Of a DNA stretch of 64,000 nt, positions 16,461 to 24,428 are shown one piece after another. Below the pieces are notes generated by a model. It was not told where the DNA came from and made no database searches. It worked only from the letters and a program-made list of their open reading frames with translations. Within the stretch, counting starts at the first letter, position 1; the number at the start of each line of letters is the position of its first letter. Position numbers and translations under genes: made by a program. The DNA comes from an uncultured bacterium (GTDB taxonomy: Bacteria; Patescibacteriota; Minisyncoccia; Moranbacterales; UBA2206): assembly GCA_903841185.1 (NCBI GenBank), contig CAIMIV010000003.1, positions 773 to 64,772 of the forward strand, given 5' to 3'.

Positions 16461-19076
16461 ATGCCCCTAAAAAAAATAAAATTGAGAAATGGCGACATCG
16501 TGGAATTTGAGCGAACTAAGATTGAAAAAGCGATTGAGGCGGCCTGCGACGCTGTGGGAGAGAACAATAAATCTTTCATAGGTAAGATGACGGATAATGT
16601 CCTGGTGGACCTGACGGTGCGTTGCAATGATAGATCGGGGGAATATATTTTGACCGTGGAGGATGTGCAAGACTGTGTGGAAAAGCAGTTGATGCGGGAG
16701 GAGCGCTATGAAATGGCCAAGGCCTTTATCCTCTATCGCAATAAACAAAGTGAGAAGAGAGAGGAGAAAAAAGAGCAGCTATTGGAACAATTTGAAAAAC
16801 ATTCCTTGCAGGTGATCAAATCTAGCGGGAAGAAAGAATTGTTTGATTTGAAAAAAATAAAAAAAGTTTTTGACATGGCGGTGGCTGGCTATGAACAATA
16901 TTGCACCTTCGAAGATTTGCTGAAAGCTTTTAAAAAAAATATTGTCGATGAAATCAAAACCTCGGATATCAATAAGTTACTGGTGAAAACTTGTATTGAT
17001 CTGGTGACGGTGGAAAATATCCATTGGCAGGAGGTAGCCGGTCGAGTGGCGCTTTTCAATATCTACAAAGAAGCACGGCGCAACCGAGAAATTCGGCATA
17101 CGGAGATTTATTCTCCCAAAGCCGTGTTGGCATTGTTTCACGAATATATCAAAAGTGGTTTATATGCTAAGGAGTTGCGCGAGACGTATAGCGATGCGGA
17201 GATTTTGCTGGCGGCCGAAAGCATTAACAAAGAGCTGGACCTGACCTATGGCTACACGACGGTATTGTCCTTACAAAAGCGGTATCTCCTGAATCCTAAT
17301 AAAATTATCAAGGAATTACCGCAGGAGATGTATTTTTTTGTCGGATTATTTATGGCTATCCCGGAGCCCCCAGAAACGCGGGTGGCTATGGCCATTGAAA
17401 TGTATTTAGCTTGTGCGGAACAGAAAATTTCCTTGGCTACGCCATCTCTCATGAATGCGCGCACCACCTTTCATCAGCTCTCTAGTTGTTTCAAGTTGAA
17501 CGTAGATGATGATTTGCGAGCCATCTATCATTCCATTGAAAACATCGCTCAAATTTCCAAATTCGGGGGCGGCGTGGGAGTGTATTTGGGGAATATTCGG
17601 GCGCGTGGGAGTGCCATTCGCGGCGTGATGGGGATGTCCGGCGGAGTGAATCCGTGGATCAAAGTCATTAATGACACCGCCATTGCAGTCAATCAACTAG
17701 GCTCGCGTCTAGGAGCCATTTCCGTGACATTGGATATTTGGCACCATGATATTTATGACTTTTTAGATTTGCAAACGGAAACCGGAGATATTCGTTCGAA
17801 AGCCTTTGATGTTTTTCCAGCCATTTCCATTCCGGATCTTTTTATGCGAAGATTGCAAAATAATGAAGAAATCACTCTGTTTGACCCGCACGAGATTCAG
17901 ACCTTCTATGGAAAATGCTTGCAAGATAGTTTCGGAGCAGATTTTGATGCATTCTATCAACTGGCGGAGCAAGACGAGCGCCTCACTATGAAGAAAAAAG
18001 TTTTCGCCAAGGAGTTATTTAAAAAATTTCTCAAGGTGGTGGTAGAGACCGGCATGCCCTATGTTTTTTTCCGCGATACCGTCAATCGCTTGAATCCCAA
18101 TCAACACGCGGGGAACATCTATTCCTCTCAGTTATGCACGGAAATTTGCCAAAACACCTCCGCTTCCAAGTTTGCGGAAGAGACGCTGGAAGATGGCAAA
18201 ATATTGATTAAGTATGAACCAGGCGACACCGTGGTATGCAACTTGGCTTCGATTAATGTGGCTAAGGTAAACGATGTGGAGACCATTGGAAAAATTATTC
18301 CCATCGCGATGCGCATCTTGGATAATGTCATTACGCTCAATTATTATCCGATTCAAGAAGCCAAACGGACAGCATTGCGTTATCGCAGCGTGGGCTTGGG
18401 CTATCTCGGCTTGGCGGAATATTTGGCGACGAAAAAAATTGCCTATGACAGTCCTGAAGCGAGGTTGGCAGCGGATGCGTTATTCTCTCGCTATGCCTAT
18501 GCGACTTATCGTGCCTCGGTAGATTTGGCTCGTGAGCGGGGAGCGTATCCACTCTATCCCGGCAGTGAATATTCCAAAGGGAAAATTTTAGGGAAAAACG
18601 CCGAGTGGTTTGCGGAAAACACCCCAGACGGCGACCTGTGGAAAAAGCTTTTTGCCGATATGAAAATTTCCGGCGTACGTTTTGGCTATACCACCGCTCC
18701 GGCACCCAATACTTCCACCGCGGGAGTAGTCGGCACCACTGCTGCATTGTTGCCGATTTATAAAAAATTCTTCGTGGAAACCAATCTTTCCGCGCCGACG
18801 GTGCGGGTAGCGCCGAAATTGAATAAGGAAAACTTCTGGTATTACAAGGAATATATCAATATGGATATGAACGAAGTGATTGATATGATGGCGGTGCTCT
18901 ATAAATGGATCGATCAATCGATTTCTTTCGAATGGATGATTGATCCGGCCAAGGTCAGTCCGGCTCAATTATATGAGTATTATATAAAGACCTGGGCGCA
19001 AGGCATCAAAACCGTCTATTATGTGCGCAGTCTTTCCGGAGAAGTGAAAGATGATTGCGTCAGCTGTAGTGGCTAA
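16461..19076 (+). CDS. nrdA: Ribonucleoside-diphosphate reductase alpha subunit (class I) with N-terminal ATP-cone
   Basis: ATP-cone 'KIKLRNGDIVEFERTKIEKAI'; RNR core 'SSCFKLN', 'NLCTEI'; C-terminal 'CVSCSG'. An R2 gene follows immediately. Confidence 0.85.
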   Translation: MPLKKIKLRNGDIVEFERTKIEKAIEAACDAVGENNKSFIGKMTDNVLVDLTVRCNDRSGEYILTVEDVQDCVEKQLMREERYEMAKAFILYRNKQSEKREEKKEQLLEQFEKHSLQVIKSSGKKELFDLKKIKKVFDMAVAGYEQYCTFEDLLKAFKKNIVDEIKTSDINKLLVKTCIDLVTVENIHWQEVAGRVALFNIYKEARRNREIRHTEIYSPKAVLALFHEYIKSGLYAKELRETYSDAEILLAAESINKELDLTYGYTTVLSLQKRYLLNPNKIIKELPQEMYFFVGLFMAIPEPPETRVAMAIEMYLACAEQKISLATPSLMNARTTFHQLSSCFKLNVDDDLRAIYHSIENIAQISKFGGGVGVYLGNIRARGSAIRGVMGMSGGVNPWIKVINDTAIAVNQLGSRLGAISVTLDIWHHDIYDFLDLQTETGDIRSKAFDVFPAISIPDLFMRRLQNNEEITLFDPHEIQTFYGKCLQDSFGADFDAFYQLAEQDERLTMKKKVFAKELFKKFLKVVVETGMPYVFFRDTVNRLNPNQHAGNIYSSQLCTEICQNTSASKFAEETLEDGKILIKYEPGDTVVCNLASINVAKVNDVETIGKIIPIAMRILDNVITLNYYPIQEAKRTALRYRSVGLGYLGLAEYLATKKIAYDSPEARLAADALFSRYAYATYRASVDLARERGAYPLYPGSEYSKGKILGKNAEWFAENTPDGDLWKKLFADMKISGVRFGYTTAPAPNTSTAGVVGTTAALLPIYKKFFVETNLSAPTVRVAPKLNKENFWYYKEYINMDMNEVIDMMAVLYKWIDQSISFEWMIDPAKVSPAQLYEYYIKTWAQGIKTVYYVRSLSGEVKDDCVSCSG

Positions 19077-19140
19077 TTCTAATTTACCAAGTAATAGACC
19101 TGTTGCGCAACTTATTACGCGACAGGTCTAATAAAAATAT

Positions 19141-20184
19141 ATGAGTGAAAAAATGAACATGAGTCCCATCTTCAATCCGGAGGGGGATGATAGCGTGGCA
19201 GCGCGACGTATCATCAAGGGCCATACTACCGGGTTATTTAATCTAAATATCACCAAATATTCTTGGGCCAAATCCCTCTATCAAGTGATGATTGGCAATT
19301 TTTGGGTGCCGGAAAAAGTTTCCGGCCTGAAGGATGACGCCCGGATGTTCCAGATGGAACTTTCGCCGGAGGAGCAACGAGCCTATAAAGGTATCTTGTC
19401 CTTTTTGATTTTTCTGGATTCCATTCAGACCGTTAATCTGCCGCATCTTTCGGATTACATCACTTCGCCGGAGGTGAATTTGATTTTGGCTATCCAAGCC
19501 TATCAAGAAGCTATTCACTCCCAGTCTTATGCCACGGTGTTGGAATCGGTGGTGGAAAGCAAGGAACGTGACGAAATTTATTATTTCTGGCGCACGGACA
19601 GCGTGCTTTTGGAACGCAATAAATATATCGGTCAAATCTATGAAAATTTTATCCAGGACAAGACGGATGAGAATTTTTTTCGCGCGATTGTAGCCAACTT
19701 TCTACTAGAGTCCATCTATTTTTATAATGGCTTCGCTTTTTTTGATACCCTGGTCGACAAAATGAAGATGTTGGCGACTGGTCGTGTGATTGCTTATATT
19801 CGGCGTGATGAGCTGACGCATGTCACCATTTTCGCCAACATTATCCGAGAGATTCATCTGGAATTCCCAGAGATTTATAACGAAGAAATTATCAAGGAGA
19901 TGATGGGCAAGGCTGTTGAACAGGAGATAGAATGGAGCACACACATTCTGGGAGAACGAATCCCGGGTATGAATGGCCAGACAACTCAGGACTATACGCA
20001 GTGGCTAGCTAATAATCGCTTAGCGATGCTGGGCATTAGTCCACTTTATCCAAGTGCTGTGACGAGTCCCTATAAACATTTAGAGCGATTACAAGATACC
20101 AATGGCGACAAGAGTAATTTTTTTGAGAGTACAGTGGTGAATTATACCCAGTCTAGTAGTATGAATGGCAGTTGGGATTTCTAA
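19141..20184 (+). CDS. nrdB: Ribonucleoside-diphosphate reductase beta subunit (class I R2)
   Basis: Di-iron ligand pattern 'FLDSIQ...EAIHSQSY...ESIYFYNGFAFF...RDELTHV'. Confidence 0.85.
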   Translation: MSEKMNMSPIFNPEGDDSVAARRIIKGHTTGLFNLNITKYSWAKSLYQVMIGNFWVPEKVSGLKDDARMFQMELSPEEQRAYKGILSFLIFLDSIQTVNLPHLSDYITSPEVNLILAIQAYQEAIHSQSYATVLESVVESKERDEIYYFWRTDSVLLERNKYIGQIYENFIQDKTDENFFRAIVANFLLESIYFYNGFAFFDTLVDKMKMLATGRVIAYIRRDELTHVTIFANIIREIHLEFPEIYNEEIIKEMMGKAVEQEIEWSTHILGERIPGMNGQTTQDYTQWLANNRLAMLGISPLYPSAVTSPYKHLERLQDTNGDKSNFFESTVVNYTQSSSMNGSWDF

Positions 20185-20223
20185 CGGCTTTCTATGACCA
20201 GAATAATAGCTGCTTTAGTAAGA

Positions 20224-20247
20224 ATAGCCCGAAAGGGCTATTTTTTA
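20224..20247 (+). terminator. Rho-independent terminator after nrdB
   Basis: ATAGCCC-gaaa-GGGCTAT followed by TTTTTT. Confidence 0.75.
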
Positions 20248-20291
20248 TTGGGGCAGATTGGCTTATTTGAGCCAATTTAGTGTATTTACGT

Positions 20292-20320
20292 TTGACAAGA
20301 TTGGCGTTTCTTGCTATACT
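20292..20320 (+). promoter_or_regulatory. Sigma70-like promoter of the 3D-domain gene
   Basis: TTGACA - 17 nt - TATACT. Confidence 0.5.
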
Positions 20321-20408
20321 CTTTGGTCATGCTGAAAACTTGTTTAGAACCAGTTTCGGCAGGGCTAACTAAGAATTAACAACCCCAGCACCATGGGCGA
20401 CTGCGCCC

Positions 20409-21044
20409 ATGACTACCAATTATCAAGAATTTGCGCCGTTGGCTCGATTCATGATGCGGGGTGAACAATTAATGCGTATCATTAGTCTATTTGTGGCCCT
20501 ACCGATACTGTGGGCAACCTTTATGCCTCAATATAAGGCATTGGCGTCAGAAGTAACAATTGCTGATGAAACAAAAATAAATTTTGAAATACAAGAGCAT
20601 ATGAGTATAGCTGATGGGATTATCCATCTAGCGCAACTCGACATCCCAATGATGGTTCCTGTTGATGAGCCAGTGAAAAGTGAAGAGGAGTTGAAAAGAG
20701 AAAAGGTGTTGGCTGTTTGGAAGACGAAGCAGTTGTCTAAATGGGAAAATCTTCCGAAAGGACAATTCACTATCAATGCCTCTGCCTATACGGCTGCTGC
20801 TGATGAATGCGGTTGGAATACCGGAATCACGGCTAGCGGTTTGCAGGTAAAAGAAAACAGAACCATCGCTTGTCCTCCCGAATATCCTTTTGGGGCCAAG
20901 ATAAAAATTGAGGGTTATGGATTGTTCGTTTGTGAAGATCGTGGAGGTGCTATCAAAAAAAATCATGTGGACATTTATATGAAAACCAAGCAAGAAGCCT
21001 TTGCTTTCGGTCGCAGAAATTTGTTGGCAGAAATTACTATCTAA
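20409..21044 (+). CDS. 3D-domain (MltA-like/RlpA-like) cell-wall-associated protein
   Basis: 'NASAYTAAADECGWNTGITASG...GGAIKKNHVDIY' matches the three-Asp 3D/DPBB domain. N-terminal TM. Confidence 0.65.
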   Translation: MTTNYQEFAPLARFMMRGEQLMRIISLFVALPILWATFMPQYKALASEVTIADETKINFEIQEHMSIADGIIHLAQLDIPMMVPVDEPVKSEEELKREKVLAVWKTKQLSKWENLPKGQFTINASAYTAAADECGWNTGITASGLQVKENRTIACPPEYPFGAKIKIEGYGLFVCEDRGGAIKKNHVDIYMKTKQEAFAFGRRNLLAEITI

Positions 21045-21051
21045 AGTTATA

Positions 21052-21093
21052 AAAAACGTCCCGTCCCGCTAAGTGGGAGTGGGACGTTTTTTT
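21052..21093 (+). terminator. Rho-independent terminator
   Basis: ACGTCCCGTCCCGC-taa-GTGGGAGTGGGACGT followed by TTTTTTT. Confidence 0.65.
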
Positions 21094-21186
21094 ATTGACC
21101 ACAGGGGATATTTTTGGTAAGCTGAAAGAGCTAGAATTTTAGTGAAAATCACAGTTTTTTGATTAAGTCCGTTAAGACGGACGAGA

Positions 21187-21257
21187 AAGTATGAATGGTC
21201 CGATGGCCGAGCGGTTAGGCAAGGGTCTGCAAAACCCTGTACAGCAGTTCAAATCTG
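21187..21257 (+). tRNA. tRNA-Cys (anticodon GCA)
   Basis: Acceptor GGTCCGA/TCGGACC, anticodon stem AGGGT/ACCCT with loop CTGCAAA, T-loop TTCAAAT. Confidence 0.85.
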
Positions 21258-21285
21258 CTTCGGACCTCATAGATGCATAAAATAG

Positions 21286-21330
21286 ACATAATCCTGCCCG
21301 GGTGGCCCTCCTGCGCCAAGGCTACGGATG
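21286..21330 (+). ncRNA. Conserved tRNA-Leu-upstream element, copy 2
   Basis: GCCCGGGTGGCCCTCCTGCGCCAAGGCTACGGATGGGCGAGGTTG. The first 10 nt are identical to the 5' end of tRNA-Leu(TAA) 58 nt downstream. Confidence 0.4.
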
Positions 21331-21387
21331 GGCGAGGTTGTAAATGCATTTCGAGCTAAATAGATATTAGGAGTAGTACGAAGTTTT

Positions 21388-21470
21388 AACGAAATATGCC
21401 CGGGTGGTGAAATGGTAGACACAAGGGACTTAAAATCCCTCGATCGAAAGGTCATGCGAGTTCGAGTCTC
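21388..21470 (+). tRNA. tRNA-Leu (anticodon TAA)
   Basis: Acceptor GCCCGGG/CCCGGGC, anticodon stem AGGGA/TCCCT with loop CTTAAAA, long variable arm, T-loop TTCGAGT. Confidence 0.85.
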
Positions 21471-21533
21471 GCCCCGGGCACCCCCGTAAAGTCGCTTTGC
21501 TCCCACGGGGCAAGCCGCATAAAGTAAATAAAA

Positions 21534-21560
21534 AAAGAATCATTATGATTCTTTTTTTAT
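21534..21560. terminator. Bidirectional hairpin plus A/T runs at the udg 3' end
   Basis: AAAAAAAGAATCA-tta-TGATTCTTTTTTT overlaps the stop codon of the minus-strand UDG gene. Confidence 0.55.
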
Positions 21561-22148
21561 TTTTTCTAAAAGTTGGGGAATTTTTTGGAAATCTGCTTCG
21601 AATAAGGCGCGTGTTTTCCTGTTTATGCGTGCGGCTGCCGGATGATGAAGCGGAAATAGATTTATTTTCCCGATTTTTTTAATATCTATGTTGATAAGCT
21701 GGCCGTGCACCTGCGAAATTTTTGCATCAGGTAAAAAAGAGTTAAGGGCATATTTTCCAAGCGTAACAATTATTTTTGGATCAATAATTTTAATTTGTTT
21801 TTCTAGCCATGGCCAGCACTGCGCAATTTCTTCCGGAAGAGGATCACGGTTTTCCGGTGGGCGACATTTGCAAACATTAGTAAGATAGACATCTTCGCGC
21901 GGGACGTTGATGCTGGCAAGCATTGCGTCTAATATTCTTCCACTACTGCCGACAAAGGGGATACCCAACTCATCTTCTTTTTTTCCGGGCGCTTCACCAA
22001 TAAACATAATCTTCGCTGTGGGATTGCCGGAACCAAAAACCACCCGCGAACAGCCGGAGCGCAGGGTGCACGCGGCGCAGGAAGACATTAACCTATTCAA
22101 AGCATTTAATTGTTGTAATTTACTTTTCATATAATTTCCAAGATACAA
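21543..22148 (-). CDS. Uracil-DNA glycosylase, family 4 (4Fe-4S type)
   Basis: 'GEAPGKKEDELGIPFVGSSG' motif A, Cys ligands (CAACT..C, CKCRPP), C-terminal 'HPAA' box. Confidence 0.8.
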   Translation of the reverse strand: MYLGNYMKSKLQQLNALNRLMSSCAACTLRSGCSRVVFGSGNPTAKIMFIGEAPGKKEDELGIPFVGSSGRILDAMLASINVPREDVYLTNVCKCRPPENRDPLPEEIAQCWPWLEKQIKIIDPKIIVTLGKYALNSFLPDAKISQVHGQLINIDIKKIGKINLFPLHHPAAARINRKTRALFEADFQKIPQLLEKIKKES

Positions 22149-22154
22149 GATACA

Positions 22155-22256
22155 ATAACCAAATAAATTTCAAATTCCAATCACTAAAAGTTTGAATATT
22201 GTAATTTGATAATTGGGCATTGTTTGATGTTTGTTTCTTGGTGATTGGTTATTTCA
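22155..22256 (+). repeat. Approximately 100-nt intergenic repeat, copy 1
   Basis: Starts ATAACCAAATAA and contains TTGAATATTGTAATTTG and TTGTTTGATGTTTGTTTCTTGGTGATTGGTTATTT. Near-identical to 41665..41775. Confidence 0.6.
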
Positions 22257-22794
22257 GACTGTGTATTCGAACTAGTTCAAATTTATCGCTCTCCGTGTGC
22301 CAGATGGCAAAGGTCGGGGGATAGAAATCCCCGGTGACGTTGCCCGGGTTAAGGAGCGTGCACTGGCCGACAACTTCGGTCCAAGGTTTGTGGGTATGGC
22401 CATAGAAAACAAAGTCATATTTCTCGGATTCGGCTAGTTGTTTCGCTTCTTGGGGAAAATGCACAAAAGCGACTTCCTTCTTGTCGATATTCGCTTCGCC
22501 ATGATTTTTGAAAAGGTGGGCATTTTTATACGTGGGCACAAACTCAAAATCTCTTAAGTGGTCGTTATCCATATTGCCAAAAGTATAGAAAATCTCTCCG
22601 GCAAAATGGTCGCACATAAAATCAAGCGTTTCAGCATCCGCCAAGTCACCGCAACAAATCAATGCCGCAATTTTTTCTCGCGCGCAAAAATCCAAAACTT
22701 TTTTCAAGTTCACTTCGTTATTGTGCACGTCGGAGATAATTGCTACTTTTCCGCCAGGGGCGGATACGCCTATGGCGGACATATTTTTTTTCAT
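22249..22794 (-). CDS. YfcE/MJ0936-family metallophosphoesterase
   Basis: 'IISDVHNN', 'CCGDL', 'GNMD', 'YGHTH' calcineurin-like phosphoesterase motifs. Confidence 0.75.
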   Translation of the reverse strand: MKKNMSAIGVSAPGGKVAIISDVHNNEVNLKKVLDFCAREKIAALICCGDLADAETLDFMCDHFAGEIFYTFGNMDNDHLRDFEFVPTYKNAHLFKNHGEANIDKKEVAFVHFPQEAKQLAESEKYDFVFYGHTHKPWTEVVGQCTLLNPGNVTGDFYPPTFAIWHTESDKFELVRIHSLK

Positions 22795-22895
22795 GATCTA
22801 ATTATAGCATGGAATGTTTTTGTCGTGCTATGCATAAAAAATGGCAACCATCGAGGGATGATTGCCAATAAAGGATAAGTTGAATGGGGTTATTT

Positions 22896-23228
22896 TTAAT
22901 TTAGGGAATGTAGGTATCCGGTGCTCACTTCGCCAGTGAGATTGTTGGTCTCGACATACATAATCAGTGGAACGTTTTCCCGGGTAACATTTCCTCCCTC
23001 TTGCTTGGATCTGGATTCAATAATGAAAATTTTGTAAAAACAAGTGGTTCTGTTGATTTCCGGATGAGCCCCCTTGAATTCCGGAATCCGGAAGTTCTGG
23101 CAGTCAATTGATTTTTCGACACGCTGAAAGTTTTCGCCTTCCACCTTGGGTGGCAGTTCAGCTTGAGCAAAATTGCTCAATGAGACCAGGGAAAAACAAA
23201 CTGACAATAGGGAAATAATTTTTTTCAT
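22896..23228 (-). CDS. Hypothetical secreted protein
   Basis: Signal peptide 'MKKIISLLSVCFSLVSLSNFAQA'. No motif. Confidence 0.4.
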   Translation of the reverse strand: MKKIISLLSVCFSLVSLSNFAQAELPPKVEGENFQRVEKSIDCQNFRIPEFKGAHPEINRTTCFYKIFIIESRSKQEGGNVTRENVPLIMYVETNNLTGEVSTGYLHSLN

Positions 23229-23476
23229 GATGCGCTCCTTGGAGTGATGGGTTAGTAGTTATTATTTTGCTAAAATAGGTGTAATTATCCAGCAATGATT
23301 AAAAGTACAATTCAAGAAACATTAACACCCAATTATCTAAAAGTCAAATCGTAAGCAGATCATAGTTGGCTCGGAATGGGTTGTTAAGCAAGTCAGGATA
23401 TTCAACGGCCATTTGGGGGAAGTTGTTTATTCGGTCACCTTTTTTGATTTGAGAGGTCTGTATTATATTTTGAAAT

Positions 23477-24223
23477 TTATTCCTTTGATTCGGACAAATT
23501 TTTCCAAAGAAGTTCAAAAATCATTTTCATTGTATTGTGAACTTCAGAACTTTCAATGATAGTTCCCATGATTTCCTTGCCGGATATCAGGGATACTTTA
23601 GAGCCGCCATAAATATCAATCCCGATTGAAAAAGGATACTCTTCTTGATTAATGAATTTCATTGATCGGAGTTCGGATGTATTTTTTTGGAAAAGTATTT
23701 TTTCGAAATATTGGGTGGTTGGTGTGATAGCACGAACATGAATATTTTTTTTAACCCTGCTTTGTATAAACTGTTCCATCCATTCGTAACCTAATGCACT
23801 AACAGTGTCCTCTGAGGCAAAAGTCGTATATTCTTCTCCTTCGTAGTTCAATTTATCGTTGTAGATCTCTTGTATCCCGGTAAGACCTTCATAGTAGGAA
23901 ACGCTAACTTTTCCGATATCTTTTTTTTGAATAGCCATCAATTCCGGGAGCATTTCCTTAGCTTCATTTAGTTTTTCTTGGAAAAGTTTGAGGCATTCGG
24001 TCGGTGATTTCGCAACATAGAGAGTTTTCTTGTTTTGAGGAATCTTCAAAACAAAACCTTTTTGTACAAGGTTTTCAAGAATCACATAGGCTGTGGCTTT
24101 TTTGAGGCCACTTTTTTGATGTATTAAATAGGCAGTAGCTTTTTTGAAAGAAAGAAGGCTGATGTAGACCGTGGCCTCTTTTTCAGTAAAACCAATGCCA
24201 ATAAGAGTGCTAATCATTTCCAT
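23477..24223 (-). CDS. TrmB-family HTH transcriptional regulator, paralog P4
   Basis: 'FTEKEATVYISLLSFKKATAYLIHQKSGLKKATAYVILENLVQKGFV' plus C-terminal 'GTIIESSEVHNTMKMIFELLW'. Start moved to the 'MEMISTLIG' ATG at 24223, which has a TTGACC-17-TATAAT promoter in front. Confidence 0.65.
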   Translation of the reverse strand: MEMISTLIGIGFTEKEATVYISLLSFKKATAYLIHQKSGLKKATAYVILENLVQKGFVLKIPQNKKTLYVAKSPTECLKLFQEKLNEAKEMLPELMAIQKKDIGKVSVSYYEGLTGIQEIYNDKLNYEGEEYTTFASEDTVSALGYEWMEQFIQSRVKKNIHVRAITPTTQYFEKILFQKNTSELRSMKFINQEEYPFSIGIDIYGGSKVSLISGKEIMGTIIESSEVHNTMKMIFELLWKNLSESKE

Positions 24224-24229
24224 GAACAC

Positions 24230-24258
24230 ATTATAGCACTGTATTGGTGTATGGTCAA
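24230..24258 (-). promoter_or_regulatory. Promoter of TrmB paralog P4
   Basis: Minus strand reads TTGACC - 17 nt - TATAAT - 6 nt - ATG. The -35 lies within TTGTTCGTCAtaaatatTGACCA, a degenerate version of the TTGTCA-N7-TGACAA inverted repeat seen at the other paralogs. Confidence 0.5.
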
Positions 24259-24428
24259 TATTTATGACGAACAATAGTTATTTTATATAAAAGACTTATA
24301 ATTAGCCAAGATATTGATATCACGGGGTATATTATAATTGACCTTTTTGCTAATTTGTGATAGGATTGTATGTTCAGATAGAAATAGGTCTATTTGAAAA
24401 GTACTTTAACAAAACAAGAGGTGAGATT

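Noticed and set aside
21267-21506. Track ORF 21267..21506(-), 79 aa
   Set aside because: Covers the tRNA-Leu(TAA) gene and its upstream element on the opposite strand, so it is spurious.
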